64,000 nucleotides of DNA from assembly GCA_964106645.2 (NCBI GenBank), contig OZ067045.1. One strand, given 5' to 3'. Made by a program: the position numbers and the translations under genes. Shown here piece by piece: positions 23,376 to 36,143 of the stretch. How positions within the stretch are numbered: the first letter of the stretch is position 1; every line of letters begins with the position of its first letter. The notes beneath the pieces are model-generated. The model saw nothing but the letters and a program-made list of their open reading frames with translations, was not told the origin of the DNA and made no database searches. This stretch comes from Podarcis pityusensis. Taxonomy: Eukaryota.

Positions 23376-24654
23376 GGTCTGCCGAGGGCATCTTGTCTTT
23401 AACCCTCCCCCCAACAAAACCTCTCACCCAGGAGCCAGCAGAGTTTGTATTTGAACACACAGCTGGTGGATGGGTGAGAAGTGGGTGGGGTGGGGTCCGC
23501 CCTCTCTCCCCACAACCGCAACACCTCACAGAAAGCCCCCGTGCACACAGCACCTGGGAGAAAAAGCAAACATTTAAAAACAGGAAAAACTGCTGAGGGC
23601 AGCAAGAAAGAGCTTGGAAAATAAGGGCCTGCTGCTGAGGGTGGCAAGGACATCTTCCTTTGGGAATCGATGGACCTAGGAAACTGGGAGGGGGAGGAAC
23701 TCATACAGAGGCTTTTGCTCCACCCGGCTCTCCATTCTGAATCCCAGGTGGCTAGTTCAGATGAGGTCCACCACGCTTTCCTGACTGTCCACGCACTGAA
23801 CGTGCTCACCGGCCTCCCTGCCCAAGGCCTGGCCATGCACTTCTCTAAGCTGGAGGATCCCCAACGTCCGTGGGCAGAGCTCATGAGGAGGTAGGAGGGG
23901 ATGAAGGGGGACAATCTCCCTCCCTCGGTAGGGCTGGGGCCATTGCAGTTTCAGCCTCATTTATTCCGTTCCAGCAAGACAAACCCTGATGGGCGCTTGG
24001 ACAGAAACAGCCCAATGCCCAGGGAGCTGAAACCTGGCACCTATAAGCTGCGCTTTGAGACGAGGGAGTACTGGGAGCAACAAGGATACAGCAGCTTCTA
24101 CCCTTATGTGGAAGTAAGTTTGGTTCCCAGATGAAACTCACAACTGGGGGGGGGGGAGGCTCCTTCCTACAGGACTGATGATGGCAGGGACCACCACTCA
24201 CTGCCCTTTGAGGGATGTAATTCTTGGCAGGAGAAGCACAACATTGGAAAACGGGAGAAATCAGCATAAACTTCACATTATGAAGGCTGCACGCCGTGAA
24301 GTCCCTCAGAAACCTGCAGGAAGAGGCCTAGGTGGTTGGTAGGAGAGCTAGATGTTGTGCTATGGGACATCCCTGAAAGAGCACAAAGCCAGAAGTGTGC
24401 CAGAACTGGGCACTCCGGACCAGGCATTTGTGCCCCTGACAAATGTCTTCTCATGGGCTAGGCCCAGTGCAGCGAAGAAAGGATCTCAGACCAAAGAGCA
24501 CTACCAACCTCCTGCTATTCCCCCCTCCCTTGTCTTTACACATCCTCTTGCTTGTCTCTCTCTTTAGATTGTCTTCACCATCACAGAGGAAGAAAAAGTG
24601 CACATTCCCTTGCTGCTCAGCCCTTATTCCTACACCACCTACAGGGGAAGCTAG
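18496..24654 (+). CDS. Predicted chimeric secreted protein: signal peptide + short propeptide + cadherin EC1-EC2 + 5-hydroxyisourate hydrolase (transthyretin-like) domain, 371 aa
   Basis: Nine GT-AG exons join without stop or frameshift: 18496-18546, 19664-19810, 20002-20145, 20651-20795, 21206-21381, 22199-22282, 23748-23890, 23975-24113, 24568-24654 (1116 nt). The fusion junction CAA|gtaagg ... cccag|GTG is phase 0 on both sides. The junction is inferred, not transcript-proven. Confidence 0.72.
21885..22020. mobile_element. Palindromic hAT-type MITE in intron 5 of the chimeric gene
   Basis: TIRs caggcataggcaaact / agtttgcctgtgcctg; 8-bp TSD gtctacca/gtctagca. Degenerate members of the same ctccagatgttttggactacaactcccat family occur throughout the window (e.g. 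~337-440, ~20200-20340, ~34790-34925, ~45100-45225). Confidence 0.8.
23748..24654 (+). CDS. URAH: 5-hydroxyisourate hydrolase (HIUase/transthyretin-related) coding exons
   Basis: Exons 23748-23890 (…[17 protein letters not shown]…), 23975-24113 (KTNPDGRL…[10 protein letters not shown]…YW…FYPYVE) and 24568-24654 (IVFTI…[18 protein letters not shown]). The C-terminal YRGS is the HIUase signature. Lies tail-to-tail with GAS8, as URAH/URAHP does in mammals. Confidence 0.95.
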
Positions 24655-25450
24655 TGGGAGACCGGCCAGCAGGAGGGGCTGCTTCAGCAAACCGGGGTGC
24701 CTGTTCTGAGAGAGCTGGCACAGTCCAGCGGATGGAGAGCTGTGGTTACATCCACGGCCACCTCTGGCCCAAGCCTCAGGCTGGGGGCTTGGCCATGAGC
24801 AGCTGCCTCGTAGTAAATGTGAGAGTAATCTAAAGACTGATACTTGTAAGCCTCTTCTTTTAAATTGGAGATGCCATGAATTGTGTCTGGGTCCTTGACA
24901 CACGTGTGCTCTACTGATTAGGTAGGGCTCCCTCAGTTGCTGGGGAACATGAGTGGGGAGAGGGCTGCTGCACTCACATCCTGATTGTGGGCTTCCCAGA
25001 GGTATCTGCTTGGCCACTGTGGGGAACAGGATGCTGGACTAGGTAGTCCTTTAGCTTGGATCCAGAAGTCAGGCTCTTCAGAGGTTCTCACATTGGATGG
25101 TGCTTGAGTGGACACAACATGGGTGTGGAGGACTTTGGAGGCTCTAGATAAGGTGGGATTAAGTAGTTCAGGGGCTCATTAATCAAGAGGAGGATGCTTT
25201 TCAAGTCCGCAAGCTCTGCCTTGACGTGGGTGGGAAAGAAAAAGGGAGGCTTTGCAGAGACTGAAGACTGAATAGCCCACCACAGGGCCTCTTTAATACA
25301 AATGAGGGCTGGAGCAGACACAATCTCATTCCAGGGGGCTGCTCTCTCCCTCCCTCCGTCCCCTCTACGGCCACAGCAGGAGCGGGACAGAGGCTTGCTT
25401 GCACACAAGGCTTAGGCTGAAGGCATTCCAAAGTATGATGTCAGGCTGTG

Positions 25451-28400
25451 CTACGTGGGGGTTGAGACAAACCCAGCAGGGCCCTGGCCCAGCGTGTGGC
25501 CGATCACGGAGGTCTCCAGGGGCTTGAAGCCCAAATTGTCCAAAGGGATCCCAAAGGCTGTGAGCTTGGCCTCATACGTCCGCAACAAGTCATTGTGGGC
25601 CTGCAGTGGGAGGCAATTGCAGGTTGAGGAGAGGGATCAAACATCACATGCCATAACACAGCCACCTAAGGCAACTTCTCTTGTCTATGGGTAATAGCCA
25701 ACCCAATGCACCCATGGCAGTCGCGGCTGCATCCATATTTCTCCAAAAGGATGCAAGAGAGCAGGAAAAGGCCAACTAAAATGGTTGCAGGCTAGACCAT
25801 TTCAAGGAACAAATGCTTAGAACAAACTTGTTAACTTAGAAAAATGGGGCTGAAGGTGAATATGATGCAACTTGGTAGGTCAGATGGAGCAGTGGCTAGT
25901 ACAACACTTGTCAAACCCATCAGCTGTTCACTGAAATGGGTAGGCAGTGGGCATTAGAAATGACAGAGGAAGTACTTATTCACACTTCTTAGCATTAACC
26001 TATGGAACTCACTGCCACAGGACAGTGAATTCCTGCTAGCATAAATGGCTTTCAAACAAGGCATAAGTAAAAGCCAACTGCTAGGGAAAATATATTTCTT
26101 TCCTGGGTTGTGTCTAAAGAGACCTGCTCTCTACATTTTGCTCCAACAGACATTCAAGTACAATTACAGGGTTCTCCTCAGCTGGAGCTCTTACCTTGCA
26201 CACTCTGGCTAGCTCATACTGCAGATCCTTGATGGCATTGTTTTTCGAATCCAGCACATCCTGTGAAGGAAGGTTGTTCAGGTGTTAACACATCAGGCAA
26301 GTGAACTGGCCCACAAGGGGACTAGTCAAGGCCCAGCCAGAGCTTCTGGCCATTTCTTAATGGGCCACGGCAGGCCTATGAAAAGTTAGGTGCCCTTCTG
26401 CAGCACAGTCTTGTGCTTGGCTCTTTCCTTTCTCCAAATTCTGCATGCTGAAAGTCCTAATCTGTCTGTGGTTGGCTTCCGTGATTTCATTAGGCAGTGC
26501 CAACGTATTTCCAAGCCTCTCTACGGCCATGAGGTTTAGAAACCTGCTTTTACAAAATCAGGTAAAACCCGAGATTCTCATGGGTGCTGAATTTTGTATA
26601 CAGTACTGCATACCATACTTGGCATAGCAATCACAGTGGAGCACTCCATCTACAAACAGGAGCTAATGCGCCTCTTGCCTCCCTGCACAATTTCCTCTTT
26701 GTGACTCAAATTAAGGCTCATCCGCGCTGCCCGCCAGTAATGGGAGATGAGAGCTGTGGGCTGGCATTTCTGCCACCAAGCCATTTTTTGCCCTATTTGG
26801 CACAGGATCTGGTGCTACAATACCCAGGGAATCCCCTGTGGATGTGCCTCCTGCGCAAGCAGCAGCTGAAGGTAGGAATGTGGGAGGCCTGGTGGAAGGA
26901 GCAGCTGCCCCTGGGAAGAATCTCCAGTTACTGGCGCCAGCCGTGCTTGGAATGTGGAAGCCGCTAACTAAGCCCCCTTCCCAGGCAGGCCAAGTCATGG
27001 GAGATAACTCTGTTTCCATACCATCAGGCATTTCAGAGACTGGACAGGACAGGAAGCCTGAAGAGTGAGAAGGCCACAGAGGTCCCTATGATGGAGAACC
27101 TCCCTTGGCTCTTGGGCTGGAAACACAGAGAGGAGGGGCCCTGACAGTGTGATGGGCAGCCCCTGCTCCCCAGAAACAACTTGATGTGCCAGGGGAATGC
27201 TTTGAAAGCGTAGATCGCCTTGCTGTGTACCAGGGCGCTGTTAGAGAGAACCCAACCATAGCAAAGAAAGCGGGCAGCTAGGAAATCTGCAACCAGGGAA
27301 ACCCCGTGGAGTGGAACGAGTTGAGAGAAAGTTGTGTGGCAAGCAGTCCCCAAGCCACGCTTGTGTGGCTAGAAGATACTGACAGTTCCAAGTGGCCGCA
27401 GGGAGAGGAGGAGGAAGGCAAGGAACCGAGAAGGCAGCCAGGAGCTCATTTTCTCTCTCCCTTTCCATCTCCACTGGAGACTGAGCAGCAGAGCAGGAAA
27501 CACCGCCCTGGCACCAAGGGCACATTGCCGCTTCAGTTCGCACAGTTCTCATGCTGCAAAGGGGCATATGTGCTCTGTGTACTGAACGGATTCTGGGACC
27601 AGAATAAATGGCACATAGGTTCGGCAGATTTGCATGTAGAATCTCTTCCAACTCCACCAGCCAGAGGGAAAAGAAACCGAAGTCTCTGACCACTGGAACG
27701 TCCCCTTTCAATCAGGCTCCTGCAGATTTCCCCAGGCACAGCACCCTCATGCCAAGTGTATTCTCACAGCCAGAAGCACAACAGACACTTGCTGACTGCT
27801 TGTGCATTCTATGTCCCAAGAAAGCACCAAAGAGGCTCAGGTCAGATAGGAAGGAAAAGCATTCCCCAGTGGAGCAATTCACCCCACCACTGGTTCAGTC
27901 ACTGCTGAGAGGGTCCCTTCTGCCCACGGTACTGCCCATGTGACTGACTTATATAGCTGCTGCTGGAAACAAACACCTCCCAGCAGCTTCTAGTCAACCC
28001 GCGGCAACTAGAGGCCAGTTGTGTGTGTGTGCATTCAGAGCCTGCTTGGCAAATGGAAATGTTGGTACAGTGGTACCTTGGGTTATGAAAATTCGTTCCA
28101 GAGGTCCGTTCTTAACCCAAAACCGTTCTTAACCTGAGGCGCGCTTTCGCTAATGGGGCCTCCCGCTGCTGCTGTGCCGCCGGCGTGTGATTTCCATTCT
28201 CATCCTGGGGCAAAGTTCTCAACCCAAGGTACTACTTCCAGGTTAGCAGAGTTTGTAACCCAAAGCATTTGTAACCCGAGGTACTACTGTACATGCTCTG
28301 ATTGCTTGGAGGGCTGAGGCAAAGGCTTTTCATGCTTGTGGGCCTCTTGTGCACAACTAAGGGCAGCTCCTCTGAAATACTGCGCAGGCTACATTTATTA

Positions 28401-31400
28401 ATTGCCCCTGAATGAGGGGGAGTGCTCAGAGAAAAGCTAACTTCCCCTTGTCAGGTTGGGCAGAGTCTCTTATTATAGGATGGCTCCCTGCACTTGCCCA
28501 CACTTTGAGTCCCTGGCAGCTCCCTTTTAGCCAGTGCACCTTTTTCCTGTGCATTGCAAGGTTTTACCTAGATCTTGCCTAATCCATCTTGGTAATATGA
28601 AACCCAGGGACAAACGCCATCTGAAACACCAGCAAGAAGGAATCTGACCAATTGTTCTCATCTGGCTTGGGAGCTGTTTGTTTAACTGAAGGGTATTAGA
28701 AAAATATCTATAAACTTTCTCTATAATCCCCAGGGTGATTAGAAGCACAGTACCTCCAGCTTGCGGGTGACCACACTGAGAGCACCGGGATCAAGGTTGG
28801 TGGCAGCCAGGACCTCGTTGAGCTGCACCTCCTTCTTCTCCAGGATGTTGGAGAGGCCGAGAAGCTTCCGCTCCAGCAACAAGTTCTTAAAGCCAGTTTT
28901 CTGCTGCACCTCGTTAATGGCTTTGGTAAATTTCTGGTACAGGTCATCTCGCTCGTCCTGCACCTGTGCAGACAACCATCAACCCCAGAGTCAAAGAGAG
29001 CACTGCTCTGAGCCTTGGCACAGACTGGTGCTACATGAAGCCCCTAAACCAGGTATTCTGTCTGTTAATAAGGCTCTTTGGGTTTTGGTGTGTTTTGCTT
29101 GTCCACTGTGAGCACATTGGAAAGGGCTGGAGATCAGTGGTGGAGCACATGCTTGGCATACAGAATGTCCAAAGTTGCATCCCGCACATCTCCAGGGAGG
29201 GCTGGGAAAGGTGAAGCCTTGAGAGCCACTGCCAGTCAGTGCATAGACAAGACGGAGCTGCATGGACCAAGGGTCTGGCTGTGTATTTAGGCAACTGCCT
29301 ATAGTCCTAACATTCATGCGTAAAAGTCTTCTTCCAAAAATAAAAAGCCAGCTACCCAATGACAACAGCTGCCCACCCCCTCTGTCACAAACCAACACAG
29401 ATGAAAATATGTTGCAATGATTCCAAAAGTTGGGACTTTAGTGAGTCACAGAGGGAGGAGCAATGCAGAGCTCTGAGGCAGCCCCTCAGGCTGTTAGGGA
29501 AGGCAGTGGGAGCTGGAAGACAGGGCTGGTGGTGATTAGGTTTTTATCAGTTAAAATCATCCTCTTGCATTGTGCTATATGTGCATTTGTGTGTGTGCAT
29601 GTGTGTGTGTGCCATGCAAATGCCCACCCACTGCCTTGCTGTGCTCCCATATGCTGACCTTTATCAGGAAGAGTTAAGCCCCTGTTTTCAACCCCCGGCC
29701 TTGCAGCAGTCATAGAGGGCAGCTCCACAGAAGCCCCCAGCACGCTTGCTTGCCTCCTCCTCAGGAGCCAGAGAACTGAGGAATCTGCAGCAACCTCTTT
29801 CCCCCATTTCAGGAACAGAAACCGACCACCCAGCAAGGCATGGCAGAGTAGGCCATGGGCTTTAAGCAGCCTCAGGAGAGCAAGAGAATGATGCCTTTGG
29901 GGACAGAAAGGCCTCCTTTCTCTCCCAATGCACTTTGCAAGGATCTGTGGGGGAGGAGGGATGGGAGGCAGCCTGACCCAATTCTTGTTAGTAAGAGACC
30001 CCTCATTAAGATAGGACCACTGCAGCCAGTTTTCAAAGGCAGCTAATGAGGTCTCAGATCAATGCTGAATGGCACGCAAACCTGTCCCCATGTCTTAATG
30101 AGTTATACTGAAGAGAGCCCCTCCCTTCCATCCCCCTCTCTGATGGGAGCTGCCCCTATCCAGTATCGCAGTCCCCACTTCTTTAAGTCATACTGATGAC
30201 TAGACCAGCCCAGCAGTAGACATGCCGCTGTTCAGACAAACACAAAGTCCAGCTGCTCAAGCAATCCAAAAGAACCACAAAAAAATTACACAGCTAATTT
30301 GGAGATGACAGGGAATGCCCATTGCAGGCAGTTTTGGCTCAGACTTGTCCATCTGCTCTAAAGGTCTCATCAAGAAACAACCAGGACCACAGAATTCTCA
30401 AGGCCCAATGGATGGTGGGTGGGTATATAGACCTCTCTACTGGATATCTGCAGAAAATGGGCCCATACTTTTCATCCTGTCCCACAGCCCACCCATCAAA
30501 TCCAACCCTCTCCCAACTCTAAGTTCAGCCACAGCACAACAGTGATTCTTGATCCCTACCCTGATGAACCTTTGCTGCAGCACTTCATGTTCCCACTGGA
30601 GATCCTTTAATTCCTTCTCGGTGACTTTCAAACGGGCATGTGTGTGCTGGAAAGGGAAGAGAAGGAGGTTAAAGCAGCCACACACAGTTCCTAGGGCACA
30701 GAAGGGACTGATGGGTTTTGACCTCCAAACCAGACAGTGCAAAGGAGAAACTGTAAGAGTGGGAAAGTACTATGTTCCTCTATCTGCTCCACAGGGACTG
30801 GGCATCATTCAAGTCCCTCATCCTGGAAACATCAGCTCGGGGGTCTCTTGCCCCCAACTTCCAGCATGTTTCATGATCCTTATGGCCCCCTGCCTTCCTC
30901 TTCACATAGTAACTCAATTGCTCTGCAGTTGTATTTTGAATGTAGTTGAGTCTGTTTTCGATTATGGCAAAACTGTTGTGCATTCAGACACACCAACAAC
31001 TTTGGTGGAGTGTGCAGCATCAAAAAGGAACAAAACCTAAAAAGAGATCTCTGGTCGTGAGTACGTGGCTGCATGTAAAATCACGAAACTCTCATCTTGA
31101 AACACTGACAAAAATAAAAAGCAAAGTGCTGGACAACAACTAGAATGGAAGGAGCGGTAACATTTGTCTAGATTCTAAATGACCACTGTTAGCACTGAAG
31201 GACATCACAGAAAGGGTGGTGCCTGTTTCACACAGTACAAATTTCCAAACTCTGGAAATAAAGGGCACATGAGAATAGAGACAATGCAAACTGCTACCAA
31301 AAGTGGAAATAAAAATCTGTGGCATGAAAGTGGGCTGGTGCAGAAATAGCCCAGTGCTGTTCACACCAAACTAGCAGAGAGTCAGTCCTACTAAGTAACC

Positions 31401-34400
31401 CAGAGTTCATTGGCCAGGACACTCAGGAAGCAAAGGTGAATGCAGAGCCCTGGGACTCACATGCAACATGGCCTTGTCCTTTTCATAGTGCGCCAGTTTC
31501 TTCTGCAGCTCTGCCACCTCTTCACGGGCTCGTTGCAGTGGCTCCACCAGCTTTTTGTTCTGCAGCAGCACTTCAGCCATCTCCTTCTCCAGATGGTCCT
31601 CCTTCTTCTTCATCTCCTCCATCTGCTCCTGTACTCCAAGACACACACAGAGAAAGGAGGCTGTGTGTGCCTCAGGTCCTCAAAAACAGGCAGCAAGCCC
31701 CATCCCACCAGTCCTGACCACCTGTCTGGAACATGCTTCCTCAAACCTCCCATGGGACCCACCACCACCAAGGCAAAGAGAAACAACAGCTCTGAATCAC
31801 CTGAGGATAACCAAGGCTGCACCTTGACTCATTTGACCGGCCCACTGAAGTGAACAGAACAAATTTCCAAACAAACAAGGTTGCGGTTGACATATAAAAT
31901 ATAGAAACAGACTTTCTCCCCAAACCAGAATGGTTCGTTTCCCCAAATGGGAAACACATGACCTTCAACTACAACAGGGGTTGGTCCATAGTGAGATGCA
32001 CAAGAGAGGAGCTCCAGGGCTCAAGGTATCCACAATGGCAGAGCAAACAAATGCAACATGTAGTGGCTCTAAAGCAATGGCAGTACAGAAATCAGCCAAA
32101 GCAGAACAAAAAACAAAACACAGAAAGCCCAATGAACACCATCCACTTTGACCTTCCACTACCTGAATCTGGCAACAGGCTGATTTGGGGATGGTGTCGT
32201 GTGGTGCATGTCTTTTACCTTGAGGGTGTTGATAAGTGCCAGGTTATTAAGAGTGACATCGTTGTAGTAGTTCTTGATGTCGCTGAAAGCCTTCTCGTGA
32301 TTCTTCATCAGTGTGTTGATCTGTCCATTCTTTCTCTCCTCAATCTCATGGATTTCAGTCTTCCTGCGCAAGTCTAGCTCGTCGCGTAGAACCCGCATCT
32401 TCTTCTCATACTTGGCCTCGATCTCTGGGGAAGCAGCACCCAGGGCAGACTGAGTGCTCTACTAGGCAAAAAAGTGACAAGGCTATGCATGCCTCTATCT
32501 GTGGGCTGTTTCTCTATGCTGTGTGGAAGAGGAGATGGGGCAAAGTGTTCTCCAGCTCCAACAAGAGGGCGAAGCAAGACTCTAGGCTGACTGGAAAATG
32601 TTGCCACCCAAAGGTACTGGAAGTGCTCAGACTATATATAAACAACTCTGAGCAAAGGATGGGCCCATGGAGCCTGGCTTTCTAGAAAGCTCCCAGCAGA
32701 GATGGAATTCATAGAAGGCCTAGCAAATGGCACTCCTGTGCCTAGCTATTTTGACACATTTAATTTGATGAGGAGCTTAGAACTGCTGTCAAGTTCCACC
32801 TTATAATGCATGTGGCATTTCAAGGAAGCCTCAGGCCCCTCCCTCGGAATGACTGCAAAACAGACAGGAGCTGGTCTGCAAGACAGGCCCTACGCAAATC
32901 TGTGCTCCCTATCAAGCTGCTACTTAGCCTCAATTACACACAACATAGGGCGGACTCATGAGATGGGCCTTACACACCATGGCTACAAAGTCACACACAT
33001 ACACCTTCCAGAAGAGTGAGACTGTGCCATAAGGAAGCAGCTCCCTTGTCACTGCATGTGTGCAAGAAAGGGCGCCCAAGGGATGAAGTGACACTGTGGC
33101 CCACTGATCCTTGCCTGGGCACAAAGATAGCCTTCCCTTCCGAACCCAGACCCCACAGTTTTTGGTGGCGAGCCCCAGAACTGACCTTTCACCTGCCTCT
33201 CAAAGTCATTGCGCAATCGTGTTATGTCTTCTTGTTGTTTCTGCCAAGATGATGATACTGGTTAGTGACAGATGTTGCAAATACAAAGGCCTACTCCTCC
33301 TAGCTCAAAAGCAAAGCCAAGGCTGGTTTGCTCTGGAGGAACAACTGAGGTTTAAGAACCACCACTCCTCTCCTTCCCACCCGCACACCATGCACTCAAC
33401 GAAAGTTGGCCTGAGCCCAGCCCAAGAGCCAAGTCCGGCATCACTTCAGACATACCAGCCGAAGGTTCTTCACCACCATCTCATTGGACAGCTCCTGCTC
33501 CTTCAGCTCCACCTTCAAGGTGCGCATGTCCTTCCGCAGCTCCATCTCCTGGGACCGGTGATCCTTCTGGGCCAGCTTCATAGACACTGTGCTCTCTGCC
33601 TTCAGCTCTGTGATGTTGTTCTGGTGCTCGTACAGCAGGTGCTTCACCTTCTGCTTGTAAACCTGAGACAAAAGGAAGACGAGGCAGGCGTTGGCCCTCA
33701 TCGGCCAAGGTACTCTCTTTTGCAGAGGCCTGAGTAAATGAGAGGCACTTGTGGCTACTCAGGGGAAGGGGATGGAAGTCGGTTGAGGTGCCCAGCCAGG
33801 GGTGCCAGACCAACCAAGCTGGTGACCAACTCTGTCTGCAGCGCCGTGGCTCCAAGTTCATGAAGTACCAGGAACTGAAGAAGATTCAGGAACATGTGAG
33901 CCTCTATGTCTTTATGCCAAAAGAATAGACCCTTCCAATGCCGTAGCCATTTCCCCACTTTCCATCCACAACATTGTGGGGCTGGCCAAGCCAATATCTA
34001 GCTGCTCAACCACAAGTGGAGGCACCATGGGTAAATGGTTGCAGAGAGCATGTTTCACAGGCAAAAGGTCCCTAGTAAAAGGTTGTTGGGTTAGTACCAC
34101 TGGGAAATGTTTTATTTTACTTAAATACATACTCCATACAAAGCAGCTCATGTTTTTATCACTCACCTGTCAGGGATGCTTTAGCTGTGATTCCTGCACT
34201 GCAGGGGGTTGGACTATATAACCCTTGGGATTCCTTCCAGCTCTTACGATTCTGTGATCTGTGAAGTCCACAGGCTCTTACCTTGATCTCCACCTGGTGA
34301 CGCTCTTCGGCTTCCTCCATCTCACGGTCCTTGTTGCGCAGTTCAGCTTTCTTCTCATCCAGCTGCCGCCGAGTGATCTCCCAGAAGGTGTGGATCTTGT

Positions 34401-36143
34401 CTCGCTCCAGCTGGAAGTAGTTGCGTTCTTCCCGCTCACGGTCCAGCTCCTCCCGAATGCGGCCCATGTGTTCCTCCAGCTGCAAAGCCAAGAAGAGGGT
34501 CAGCCAATAGTCGGGCTGGAGCCGAGAGGAAGGACTGGGAGCCCACCATCGCCACTACTAGCATTGTGACTTTTCTGACTCAGTGAATTCCAAAGCTTTT
34601 TCTTTTTCTTTTCAAGCCAAGGCTTTCCTGTGAACTGGCATGGGAAGCATGGCTAATTCCAGAAAGGGTGCAACTGTTTCATTTCAGAATGCACGATAAA
34701 TAGGTGAATGAATTATCTGGTTAGAGAGAAGCTTGGCTCCATGAGTCTGTTGCTCTCTGGAAGTGGATAAATCAGCTTAGAATGTTTAGGGCAGTCTTTG
34801 CCAACCTGGTACCTTCCAGATGTGCTGGTTGTCATTAACCATCAGCTACACTGATGGGTTTGCTAGCTGGGGTTAATGGGAGATGCAGCCCAAAACACCT
34901 GGAAGGCATCAGGATGGTGAAGGCTGTTCCTGTGCAATATTCTCACAATACTTGTACCCAAACTGTAAAATGGAACTGTGAGCTTAGCTATACTGAAGAG
35001 GTGCCTAGTTTTGCTACCCTATGGAATGCAGAAGGGTATAGTAAGGAACAACATGGACCCCTGGCAAAATAGTGGCTTCTCCCAATGCTGGTCCTCAGTT
35101 CTGTACTGAAGTGTCAGAGGGATGGAAAGAATGGACTCTGCAACAAGCCAGCTGAAGGACTGCATGACTCACACTTGGTCTTACTCCTAGCCAGGAAGGT
35201 TGGAGATAATGAGGGTAGGCCAAGCACCCCATACATCACTCCACCCCAAAATGAGAGACACCTTGACCATTCTCTAATGTGATACAGGCCAGGGGTGGGA
35301 AACATGGGTGGCCTGCAGGGTGTTGCTGGACTACAACTCCCATCATCGTGGGGTTGCTAGGAAATGGAGTCCCCTAAATAACTCTAGGTAGATTGGTTTC
35401 CCTCTTGTTGGCAAGAAACCACTTTGCATTGTAGTTTCTATTTCCCATCCACACATTTTTAAGAATGTACCCTCTCTGTTGCCACTGCAAAGTGACCCCC
35501 TTCTCACCTGCTCTTTGGTCATGCCCTCCGGGGAGACAGCATCCACCACAGGGCTTTTTGCACCTTTCTTCTTGCCACCTTTCTTTTCTCCTTTCTTTTT
35601 GGGAGCCTGAACAAATGTGGTAGTGGGGGAGAGGACAAGAGAGGAGAAGAGAGCATCTTCAGTGTGATGGATGAAGTGGGGAGCCAAAGGAAGGAAAGAG
35701 GCTGTGAATTCATGCTCATAACCCCTTTGGGCTATGATGAAGTGCCGTTTTCTCTAGGAAGGGGATCCACGCATCCCTCCCTCTCTCCAAAGAACAAATG
35801 GGTTCTGGCTGCCTGTACCTACTTGCCTGTGCAATTGCTCCATGGCGTTGAAGAGGCACACTTGTAAAATAGGGGTTGGTGGTGGTGGTGAGAGCAGTGC
35901 TTACCAGGGCTCAAGGCTTATATCAGGGCTTACTCTTGGCACGCGTAAGGAAGAGTGACGAAGGAATGAGTGCCCCTGAGCATGTGCAGAGTTCGGTCTG
36001 TCGCTGAGCATGTCCAGCCCCCGCGCTTCCGGGGTGGAGGGTCGGGGCCTCTTGGCGGGCAGGAGCCCCAGCACCGCCCCGGTTTTGGGGGAGCCCCCCG
36101 GGGCCCCCTCATCGCAAGCGCGCCCCACTTCCGGCCTCACCAT
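25451..36143 (-). CDS. GAS8: Growth arrest-specific 8 / dynein regulatory complex subunit 4, 482 aa
   Basis: 11 coding exons with GT-AG boundaries: 36143-36141 (gccaccATG|gt), 35606-35508, 34479-34282, 33662-33456, 33240-33186, 32424-32219, 31628-31461, 30646-30560, 28963-28754, 26260-26195, 25600-25451. Motifs include [34 protein letters not shown] and [14 protein letters not shown]. Confidence 0.97.
28068..28289. mobile_element. Tc1/mariner (Tigger-like) MITE in a GAS8 intron
   Basis: TIRs cagtggtaccttgggtta / taacccgaggtactactg flanked by a TA duplication. Confidence 0.8.

Noticed and set aside
23670-23747. In-frame ATG ([26 protein letters not shown]) that could start a stand-alone URAH
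   Set aside because: Pyrimidine at -3, overlaps the acceptor's pyrimidine tract, and RLLLHPALH is one residue off the PTS2 pattern. Not preferred, but it is the main alternative to the fusion model and only transcript data can exclude it.
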